From positions 65,164 through 129,163 of the forward strand of contig JAUCBJ010008490.1 in NCBI GenBank assembly GCA_032718475.1: 64,000 bases of DNA, read 5' to 3'. The DNA comes from Nemertoderma westbladi. Taxonomy: Eukaryota; Animalia; Xenacoelomorpha. Shown here one piece after another: positions 29,327-42,468 of this stretch. The notes beneath the pieces are model-generated. The model made no database searches. It had not been told where the DNA came from and worked only from the letters and a program-made list of their open reading frames with translations. Position 1 is the stretch's first letter, and each line of letters starts with the position of its first letter. A program made the position numbers and the translations under genes.

Positions 29327-32300
29327 GCATCCATTCGGACAATTTTTAGCAGATAGTGGAAGCGATTGTTGTGTTTTACCACTTTGTTACGCCACAAGTA
29401 AGTCTGTTAGTGTTCCTAATATTAAATTAAGAGCGGCCAACAAAACTCCTATAAAAGTAATTAGTAAAGAAAAACTCTATTTTATTCTACCTGATTTTGG
29501 TAATGAGGAATTTTATTGGAATTTCTATATAGCAGATGTACCTCAACCTATATTAGGTTATGATTTTCTTAAAGAATATAGATTTTTGATTGACTGTGTA
29601 AACAATCGTCTAATTCCAATGGATAAATTAAAACTTCCTCTGAGTAAACCCAACATTGAAATTCAAAAACAACAAACGATACTTTACAACCAAATGTTCG
29701 CAGAATTATAGTAGAAAACCCTGTTTATACTGACGAGGTTAACAAATTAGTGGATAAATACACTACAATATTTCAACCAATCAATGTCAATGACCCAATT
29801 TTACATAAAACTGAGCACCACATACTAACGACGGGAGCGCCAACATTCTCAAAACCGAGACGACTTTTTGGTGAACGTTTAGAAATCGCTAAAAAAGTAT
29901 TTAATAAATGGGAAGAACAGGGAGTCTGTTACAGAGGTGAATCCCCATACGCAACTCCTTTACACATGGTGCCACAAACAAATTCTAAAACAACACCTTA
30001 CAGAGCATGTGGTGATTACCGTAATTTAAATTCTCAAACTGTACCTGACAGATACCCAATGCCAAACTTAAACGATATTCCCAATAAACTTCATGGCTGT
30101 ACAGTGTTTTCAAAATTAGATCTTGCTTCTGCCTACACACAGATTCCGATTACTGCCACAGATCAACTTAAAACTGCCATTACCACTCCCTTTGGGTTAT
30201 TTATATTCCGTAGGATGCCCTATGGTCTGCGAAACGCAGCACAAACCTTCCAAAGGTTAATGGATACAGTACTGCAAGGAATCCCATTTGCATGGGTATA
30301 TTTAGATGATATTATGGTTGCAAGTTCAAACCCAGAAGAACATCTTATACACCTTGATATTATATTTAAACTACTGTCTTCACAAGGTCTACACCTCAGA
30401 CAAGAGAAGTGTAAATTCTTTTGTTCTAACATTAATTTTGTTGGAGCTCATATTTCCGCTGCTGGAGTATCCCCATCACCCGAGAAAGTAGAAGCAATCA
30501 CCTGTTTCCCACAGCCGTCCACAATTAAGGGTCTCAAAAGATTCTTAGGTATGGCTGGCTTCTACCATAGATTTGTCCCAAACTTTTCTAGAATAGCAGC
30601 CCCACTAACTAATATGACAAGAAATATTAAAGGAAAAGGAAATTTTTCTTTAAACTGGACAGATGAATCATTAACTGCATTCAGAGAACTCAAAAATGCA
30701 CTTCAGAACAGCGTAATTCTTGCTTTTCCGAAACTTGGAGCTAATTTTGAGTTAGAACTCACCACAGATGCTTCCAAAGTAGCTGCAGGTGCTGTATTAC
30801 ACCAGATAGTGGACAAGGTTAAAACCTTTAGCTTTCTTCTCAGCAAAGTACACTCCAAACGAATCAAACAAATCCGCATTTGATCGAGAATTACTAGCGA
30901 TATATTTATCACTTAAACATTTTTCGTGGTTAATTGGAACACAATTTAATATAAAAACTGACCACAAACCACTACTACACATTCTCACTATGAAGAATCC
31001 TACACCTCAACAATCCAGATGGATCTCTTATCTCTCGGAATTCAATTGCACAATTACACACGTAGCAGGAGCCACCAATGTAGTAGCCGACACATTATCC
31101 CGTACCACATCAGCAATTAGCATTGAATATGACGAATCGTTAGCTAAAGCTCAATCAGAAGATTCATCACTTATGTCATTTATCAACAAAACTAATCTTC
31201 CATTGAAGAAAATAGCAATTGGAGATACAATTTTATGGTGTGACGCCACAACAGATTACCTTAGACCATATGTACCAACCAACATGAGATTTGGATTATT
31301 TTCTCAAGTTCATGGACTCTCACATTTGGGAGCTAGGGCAACTATTAAACAAATTTGTGAAAAATACATTTGGCCTGGAATTAAACATGATCTTAGAAGA
31401 TGGTGTCGAGAGTGTATCCGTTGCCAAAGAAGTAAAGTAATTAGACATACAAAGGCCCCACCCAATTGGATCAATTCCAACATCAGACCGTTTCCAGTCA
31501 ATTCATATTGATATAGTCAGACCTCTACCACCTTCAAATGGTTTCCGTTATATGGTAACTATTATCGACCGTTTCACCAGATGGCCGGAAGTAATACCGG
31601 TGAGTAATATTGATACTATAAGTGTAGCGAAAGGACTGATCAATAGTTGGATCAGTCGTTTTGGTGTTCCTCGAGAACTCATATCAGACAGAGGAGCGCA
31701 ATTTGAATCGAATATTTGGGGCGAATTGATGACTTTACTTGGTATTACACGAAAGCGAACAACATCATATCATCCCCAGTGTAACGGCGCTGTGGAAAGG
31801 TTTCACAGAACTTTAAAGAATGCTTTAAGAGCACATGCAGTTGACTCCAGTTGGTCGGATTCATTGCCAATGGTACTTTTGGGTCTGCGAACGAGCGTTA
31901 ATTGCTCTGGATTCAGTCCATCCACAATGATTTATGGAGGAACAATAGAACTTCCTCAACAATTCTTTGTTCCAACAGATGTTGAGAAAAACACATCAAC
32001 TTATTTACCGCAATATATGGAAAAACTTTTCGAAACAATAAATAATTTTACTGTTCCGGAACGGAAACATTCAACACCAACATATATACCAACATCTTTA
32101 GACTCTGTGACGCATGTTTGGATACGAAATGATCGACTCAAGTCCAGTCTCAGTGATCGTTATAATGGACCATTTAAGATAATTGAAAGAAAAGATAAAA
32201 CAGTTAGTATTTCTATTAAAGGAAAGTTGGATACAGTTTCCATAGACCGCACAAAACCTGCCTTTGTAAATACAGAGGAAGACAAAGAGCAGATCAAAAC

Positions 32301-32376
32301 TGATAGAGTCACCCATTGTGATAAAACAACCAATAATTATACAAGTAAGACAACTCAGCATGACCAACCACCCAAA

Positions 32377-32625
32377 TTCAAACCTAATCAAGTCGTAATG
32401 GCTAAACGAAACGGATTTAGATTTTGGCCAGGTTTAATAATGAACAATATCACAAGGATTCGAAATTGCAAGTGTCCAACAGATTGTGTACCCATTAAGT
32501 TTTTTGGTGCAGATAGTAAAGAATTCATACCTTTGAGTAATATTTTATTATTCAAACCAGAAAATACTAAACACGTTACCACAAGAAATTTTAATAATGC
32601 AATTGATATTGCAAAAAGGTATTTA
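32377..32625 (+). other. PWWP domain at integrase C-terminus (copy 2)
   Basis: In frame with the integrase catalytic core and GPF region in ORF 31552-32751. Confidence 0.85.
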
Positions 32626-32746
32626 GATTTATGTAAAGTTAACTCACTATTTAGCAATAAAACTAGCAAAACTGTCAAATTTTCTTCAGATAAACATTAT
32701 GCATATTTTTATAAAAATGATGCTCCGCAACTCATACGAGGGGTAC

Positions 32747-32941
32747 TGTAATGCCTGAGTACGAAGTATTGGTGAAGGGATCTAAGATATAATATATAGA
32801 GTTATATAGAGTTACCGGTAGTGTGTGTACAGGACTACTGGATATATTGAGAGAATAGAGAATTATAAGATCTGATTAAGTGATTACTTTAATATATTAT
32901 TTTCTTCTATTTGTCTATTAAATATTGTATGTTACATTATA
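32747..32941 (+). repeat. 3' LTR of Gypsy copy 2
   Basis: 195 bp; pol stop TAA lies at LTR nt 3-5; PPT-like GAGGGG just upstream. Confidence 0.96.
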
Positions 32942-35900
32942 GATATACGAATACTACGGATAAAATCCGAACGGATATACGGATACTACGGATAAATTCC
33001 TAACGGATATACGGATACTACGGATAAAATCCGAACGGATATACGAATACTACGGATAAAATCCTAACGGATATACGGATACTACGGATAAAATCCGAAC
33101 GGATATACGAATACTACGGATAAAATCCTAACGGATATACGGATACTACGGATAAAATCCGAACGGATATACGGATACTACGGATAAAATCAGAATGGAT
33201 ATACGGATAATACGGATAATCCGAACGGATATACGGATACTACGGATAAAATCAGAACGGATTTACGGATAATACGGATAATCCGAATGGATATACGGAT
33301 ACTACGGATAAAATCCGAACGGATATACGAATACTACGGATAAAATCCGAACGGATATATGAATACTACAGATAAAATCCGAACGGATATACGGATACTA
33401 CGGATAAAATCCGAACGGATATACGAATACTACGGATAAAATCCTAACGGATATACGGATACTACGGATAAAATCCGAACGGATATACGAATACTACGGA
33501 TAAAATCCTAACGGATATACGGATACTACGGATAAAATCCGAACAGATATACGAATACTACGGATAAAATCCTAACGGATATACGGATACTACGGATAAA
33601 ATCCGAACGGATATACGGATACTACGGATAAAATCAGAACGGATATACGGATAATACGGATAATCCGAACGGATATACGGATACTACGGATAAAATCAGA
33701 ACGGATATACGGATAATACGGATAATCCGAATGGATATACGGATACTACGGATAAAATCCGAACGGATATACGGATACTACGGATAAAATCCGAACGGAT
33801 ATACGGATACTACGGATAATCCGAACGGATATACGGATACTACGGATAAAATCCGAACGGATATACGGATACTACGGATAATCCGAACGGATATACGGAT
33901 ACTACGGATAAAATCCTAATGGATATACGGATACTACGGATAAAATCCGAACAGATATACGGATACTACGGATAATCCGAACGGATATACGGATACTACG
34001 GATAAAATCCTAACGGATATACGGATACTACGGATAAAATCAGAACGGATATACGGATACTACGGATAATCAGAACGGATATACGGATACTACGGATAAT
34101 CCGAACGGATATACGGATACTACGGATAAAATCCGAACGGATATACGGATACTACGGATAAAATCAGAATGGATATACGGATACTACGGATAAAATCAGA
34201 ATGGATATACAGATACTACGGATAATCCGAACGGATATATGGATACTACGGATAATCCGAACGGATATACGGATACTACGGATAAAATCAGAATGGATAT
34301 ACGGATACTACGGATAATCCGAACGGATATACGGATACTACGGATAATCCGAACGGATATACAGATACTACGGATAAAATCAGAATGGATATACGGATAC
34401 TATGGATAATCCAAACGGATATACGGATACTACGGATAATCCGAACGGATATACGGATACTACGGATAAAATCCGAACGGATATACGGATACTACGGATA
34501 AAATCAGAATGGATATACGGATACTACGGATAATCCGAACGGATATACGGATACTACGGATAAAATCCGAACGGATATACGGATACTACAGATAAAATCA
34601 GAATGGATATACGGATACTACGGATAAAATCAGAATGGATATACAGATACTACGGATAATCCGAACGGATATACGGATACTACGGATAATCCGAATGGAT
34701 ATACGGATACTACGGATAAAATCAGAATGGATATACGGATACTACGGATAATCCGAACGGATATACGGATACTACGGATAATCCGAACGGATATACGGAT
34801 ACTACGGATAAAATCAGAATGGATATACGGATACTACGGATAATCCAAACGGATATACGGATACTACGGATAATCCGAACGGATATACGGATACTACGGA
34901 TAAAATCCGAACGGATATACGGATACTACGGATAATCCAAACGGATATACGGATACTACGGATAATCCGAACGGATATACGGATACTACGGATAAAATCC
35001 GAACGGATATACGGATACTACGGATAAAATCAGAATGGATATACGGATACTACGGATAATCAGAACGGATATACGGATACTACGGATAAAATCCTAACGG
35101 ATATACGGATACTACAGATAAAATCCGAACGGATATACGGATACTACGGATAAAATCCGAACGGATATATGGATACTACGGATAAAATCAGAATGGATAT
35201 ACGGATACTACGGATAATCAGAACGGATATACGGATACTACGGATAATCAGAATGGATATACGGATACTATGGATAATCCGAACGGATATACGGATACTA
35301 CGGATAATCCAAACGGATATACAGATACTACGGATAAAATCCGAACGGATATACGGATACTACGGATAAAATCAGAATGGATATATGGATACTACGGATA
35401 ATCAGAACGGATATACGGATACTACGGATAATCCGAACGGATATACGGATACTACGGATAAAATCAGAATGGATATACGGATACTACGGATAATCCGAAC
35501 GGATATACGGATACTACGGATAATCCGAACGGATATACGGATACTACGGATAAAATCCGAACGGATATACGGATAAAATCAGAATGGATATACGGATACT
35601 ACGGATAATCAGAACGGATATACGGATACTACGGATAAAATCCTAACGGATATACGGATACTACGGATAAAATCCGAACGGATATACGGATACTACGGAT
35701 AAAATCCGAACGGATATACGGATACTACGGATAAAATCCGAACGGATATACGGATACTACGGATAAAATCAGAATGGATATATGGATACTACGGATAATC
35801 AGAACGGATATACGAATACTACGGATAAAATCCGAACGGATATACGGATACTACGGATAAAATCAGAACGGATATACGGATACTACGGATAAAATCCTAA

Positions 35901-38900
35901 CGGATATACGGATACTACGGATAATCCGAACGGATATACGGATACTACTGATAAAATCCTAACGGATATATGGATACTACGGATAAAATCCGAACGGATA
36001 TACGGATACTACGGATAAAATCCGAACGAATATACGGATACTACGGATAATCCGAACAGATATACGGATACTACGGTAAAATCAGAACGGATAAACGGAT
36101 ACTACGGATAAAATCAGAATGGATATACGGATACTACGGATAAAATCCGAACGAATATACGGATACTACGGATAATCCGAACGGATATACAAATACTACG
36201 GATAAAATCCAAACGGATATACGAATACTACGGATAAAATCAGAACGGATATACGGATACTACGGATAATCAGAACGGATATACGGATACTACGGATAAT
36301 CCGAACGGATATACGGATACTATGGATAAAATCAGAATGGATATACGGATACTACGGATAAAATCCGAACGGATATACGAATACTACGGATAAAATCCGA
36401 ACGGATATACGGATACTACGGATAATCCGAACGGATATACGGATACTATGGATAAAATCAGAACGGATATACGGATAATCCGAACGGATATACGGATACT
36501 ACGGATAAAATCCTAACGGATATACGGATACTATGGATAAAATCAGAACGGATATACGGATAATACGGATAATCCGAACGGATATACGGATACTACGGAT
36601 AAAATCCGAACGGATATACGGATACTATGGATAAAATCCGAACGAATATACGGATACTACGGATAATCCGAACAGATATACGGATACTACGGATAAAATC
36701 AGAACGGATATACGGATAATACGGATAATCCGAACGGATATACGGATACTACGGATAAAATCAGAACGGATATACGGATACTACGGATAATCAGAACGGA
36801 TATACGGATACTACGGATAAAATCCAAACGGATATACGGATACTACGGATAATCAGAACGGATATACGGATACTACGGATAATCAGAACGGATATACGGA
36901 TACTACAGATAATCAGAACGGATATACGGATACTACGGATAAAATCAGAAAGGATATACGGATACTACGGATAATCCGAACGGATATACGGATACTACGG
37001 ATAATCCGAACGGATATATGGATACTACGGATAAAATCCGAACGGATATACGGATACTACGGATAATCAGAACGGATATACGGATACTACGGATAATCAG
37101 AACGGATATACGGATACTACAGATAATCAGAACGGATATACGGATACTACGGATAAAATCAGAAAGGATATACGGATACTACGGATAATCCGAACGGATA
37201 TACGGATACTACGGATAATCCGAACGGATATACGGATACTACGGATAATCAGAACGGAAATACGGATACTACGGATAAAATCCGAACGGATATACGGATA
37301 CTATGGATAAAATCAGAACGGATATACGGATACTACGGATAATCCGAATGGATATACGGATACTATGGATAAAATCCGAACGGATATACGGATACTACGG
37401 ATAAAATCAGAACGGATATACGGATACTACGGATAAAATCAGAAAGGATATACGGATACTACGGATAATCCGAACGGATATACGGATACTACGGATAATC
37501 CGAACGGATATACGGATACTACGGATAAAATCCGAACGGATATACGGATACTACGGATAAAATCCGAACGGATATACGGATACTATGGATAAAATCAGAA
37601 CGGATATACGGATACTACGGATAAAATCCGAACGGATATACGGATACTACGGATAAAATCAGAACGGATATACGAATACTACGGATAAAATCCGAATGGA
37701 TATACGGATACTACGGATAATCAGAACGGATATACGAATACTACAGATAAAATCCGAACGGATATACGAATACTACGGATAATCAGAACGGATATACGAA
37801 TACTACGGATAAAATCAGAACGGATATACGAATACTACGGATAAAATCAGAACGGATATACGAATACTACGGATAAAATCCGAACGGATATACGAATACT
37901 ACGGATAATCAGAACGGAAATACGAATACTACGGATAAAATCCGAACGGATATACGGATAATCAGAACGGATATACGAATACTACAGATAAAATCCGAAC
38001 GGATATACGAATACTACGGATAATCAGAACGGATATACGAATACTACGGATAAAATCAGAACGGATATACGAATACTACGGATAAAATCCGAACGGATAT
38101 ACGGATACTACGGATAATCCGAACGGATATACGGATACTACGGATAAAATCAGAACGGATATACGAATACTACGGATAAAATCCGAACGGATATACGGAT
38201 ACTACGGATAATCCGAACGGATATACGGATACTACGGATAAAATCCGAACGGATATACGGATACTACGGATAAAATCCAAACGGATATACGGATACTACG
38301 GATAAAATCCGAACGGATATACGGACACTACGGATAAAATCCGAACGGATATACGGATACTACGGATAAAATCCGAACGGATATACGGATACTACGGATA
38401 AAATCCGAACGGATATACGGATACTACGGATAAAATCAGAACGGATATACGGATACTACGGATAATCCGAACGGATATACGGATACTACGGATAATCCGA
38501 ACGGATATACGGATACTACGGATAAAATCCGAACGGATATACAGATACTACGGATAAAATCCAAACGGATATACAGATACTATGGATAATCCGAACGGAT
38601 ATACGGATACTACGGATAATCCGAACGGATATACGGATACTACGGATAAAATCCGAACGGATATACAGATACTACGGATAAAATCCGAACGGATAGACAG
38701 ATACTACGGATAAAATCCAAACGGATATACAGATACTACGGATAAAATCCGAACGGATATACAGATACTACGGATAAAATCCAAACGGATATACGGATAC
38801 TATGGATAAAATCAGAACGGATATACGAATACTACGGATAAAATCAGAACGGATATACGAATACTACGGATAAAATCCGAACGGATATACGAATACTACG

Positions 38901-41900
38901 GATAATCAGAACGGAAATACGAATACTACGGATAAAATCAGAACGGATATACGAATACTACGGATAAAATCCGAACGGATATACGGATACTACGGATAAT
39001 CCGAACGGATATACGGATACTACGGATAAAATCCGAACGGATATACGGATACTACGGATAAAATCCAAACGGATATACGGATACTACGGATAAAATCAGA
39101 ACGGATATACGGATACTACGGATAATCCGAACGGATATACGGATACTACGGATAATCCGAACGGATATACGGATACTACGGATAAAATCCGAACGGATAT
39201 ACAGATACTACGGATAAAATCCAAACGGATATACAGATACTATGGATAATCCGATCGGATATACGGATACTACGGATAATCCGAACGGATATACGGATAC
39301 TACGGATAAAATCCGAACGGATATACAGATACTACGGATAAAATCCGAACGGATATACAGATACTACGGATAAAATCCAAACGGATATACGGATACTATG
39401 GATAAAATCAGAACGGATATACAGATACTACGGATAAAATCAGAATGGATATACGGATACTACGGATAATCCGAATGGATATACGGATACTACGGATAAA
39501 ATCCGAACGGATATACGGATACTACGGATAAAATCCGAACGGATATACGGATAAAATCCGAACGGATATACGGATAAAATCAGAACGGATATACGGATAA
39601 TCCGAACGGATATACGGATACTACGGATAATCCGAATGGATATACGGATACAACGGATAAAATCCGAACGGATATACGGATACTACGGATAAAATCAGAA
39701 AGGATATATGGATAAAATCAGAACGGATATACGGATAATCCGAACGGATATACGGATACTACGGATAATCCGAATGGATATACGGATACAACGGATAAAA
39801 TCCGAACGGATATACGGATACTACGGATAAAATCAGAAAGGATATATGGATAAAATCAGAACGGATATATGGATAATCCGAACGGATATACGGATACTAC
39901 GGATAATCCGAATGGATATACGGATACAACGGATAAAATCCGAACGGATAAAATCCGAACGGATATACGGATACTATGGATAAAATCAGAACGGATATAC
40001 GGATACTACGGATAAAATCCGAACGGATATACGAATACTACGGATAAAATCCGAACGGATATACGGATACTAAGGATAAAATCAGAACGGATATACGGAT
40101 ACTACGGATAATCCGAATGGATATACGGATACTACGGATAATCCGAACGGATATACAGATACTATGGATAATCCGAACGGATATACGGATAATCCGAATG
40201 GATATACGGATACTACGGATAAAATCCGAACGGATATACAGATACTACGGATAAAATCAGAACGGATATACGGATACTACGGATAATCCGAATGGATATA
40301 CGGATACTACGGATAAAATCCGAACGGATATACGGATACTACGGATAAAATCCGAACGGATATACGGATACTATGGATAAAATCAGAACGGATAAAATCC
40401 GAACGGATATACGGATACTATGGATAAAATCAGAACGGATATACGGATACTACGGATAAAATCCGAACGGATATACGAATACTACGGATAAAATCCGAAC
40501 GGATATACGGATACTAAGGATAAAATCAGAACGGATATACGGATACTACGGATAATCCGAATGGATATACGGATACTACGGATAATCCGAACGGATATAC
40601 AGATACTATGGATAATCCGAACGGATATACGGATAATCCGAATGGATATACGGATACTACGGATAAAATCCGAACGGATATACAGATACTACGGATAAAA
40701 TCAGAACGGATATACGGATACTACGGATAATCCGAATGGATATACGGATACTACGGATAAAATCCGAACGGATATACGGATACTACGGATAAAATCCGAA
40801 CGGATATACGGATACTACGGATAAAATCAGAACGGATATACGGATACTACGGATAAAATCAGAACGGATATACGGATACTACGGATAAAATCAGAACGGA
40901 TATACGGATACTACGGATAAAATCAGAACGGATATATGGATACTACGGATAAAATCAGAACGGATATACGGATACTACGGATAAAATCAGAACGGATATA
41001 CGGATACTACGGATAAAATCCGAACGGATATACGGATACTACGGATAAAATACGAACGGATATACGGATACTACGGATAATCCGAACGGATATACGGATA
41101 CTACGGATAAAATCAGAATGGATATACGGATACTACGGATAAAATCAGAACGGATATACGGATACTACGGATAAAATCAGAACGGATATACGGATACTAC
41201 GGATAAAATCCGAACGGATATACGGATACTACGGATAAAATCCGAACGGATATACGGATACTACGGATAAAATACGAACGGATATACGGATACTACGGAT
41301 AATCCGAACGGATATACGGATACTACGGATAAAATCCGAACGGATATACGGATACTACGGATAAAATACGAACGGATATACGGATACTACGGATAATCCG
41401 AACGGATATACGGATACTACGGATAAAATCCGAACGGATATACGGATACTACGGATAAAATACGAACGGATATACGGATACTACGGATAATCCGAACGGA
41501 TATACGGATACTACGGATAAAATCCGAACGGATATACGGATACTACGGATAAAATACGAACGGATATACGGATACTACGGATAATCCGAACGGATATACG
41601 GATACTACGGATAATCTGAATGGATATACGGATACTACGGATAAAATCAGAACGGATATACGAATACTACGGATAAAATCAGAACGGATATACGGATAAT
41701 CAGAACGGATATACGGATACTACGGATAAAATCAGAACAGATATACGGATACTACGGATAATCAGAACGGATATACGGATACTACGGATAAAATCAGAAC
41801 GGATATACGGATACTACGGATAATCAGAACGGATATACGGATACTACGGATAAAATCAGAACGGATATACGGATACTACGGATAATCTGAACGGATATAC

Positions 41901-42420
41901 GGATACTACGGATAAAATCAGAACGGATATATGGATACTACGGATAAAATCAGAACGGATATACGGATACTACGGATAATCTGAACGGATATACGGATAC
42001 TACGGATAATCCGAACGGATATACGGATACTACGGATAAAATCAGAACGGATATATGGATACTACGGATAAAATCAGAACGGATATATGGATACTACGGA
42101 TAAAATCAGAACGGATATACGGATACTACGGATAAAATCCGAACGGATATACGGATACTACGGATAAAATCAGAACGGATATATGGATACTACGGATAAA
42201 ATCAGAACGGATATATGGATACTACGGATAAAATCAGAACGGATATACGAATACTACGGATAAAATCCGAACGGATATACGGATACTACGGATAAAATCC
42301 GAACGGATATACGGATACTACGGATAAAATCAGAATGGATATACGGATACTACGGATAAAATCAGAACGGATATACGGATACTACGGATAAAATCAGAAC
42401 GGATATACGGATAATCTGAA
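32942..42420. repeat. Satellite A array, block 3 (ends at the array edge)
   Basis: Same monomer; local variants (TACGAATAC, ATCCTAAC, AATACGAAC) cluster regionally. Confidence 0.98.
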
Positions 42421-42468
42421 AAAACGAAAATATCGAAATTATAAAACTTTAAATAAAATCTAATTTTC

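Larger units (their letters stand above)
29262..32751 (+). pseudogene. pol: Pol (PR-RT-RNaseH-IN-PWWP), copy 2, disrupted
   Basis: Same motifs as copy 1. Shared frameshifts at ~29660-29710 and ~30815-30825; private 4-bp insertion at ~31459-31462. IN core to PWWP is one open frame (31552-32751). Confidence 0.95.
27928..32941 (+). mobile_element. Ty3/Gypsy (CsRn1-like) LTR retrotransposon, copy 2, structurally full length (5014 bp)
   Basis: Two 195-bp LTRs; 4-bp TSD GATA (27924-27927 and 32942-32945) that restores an intact satellite monomer when removed; PBS, PPT, gag and pol. Confidence 0.97.
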
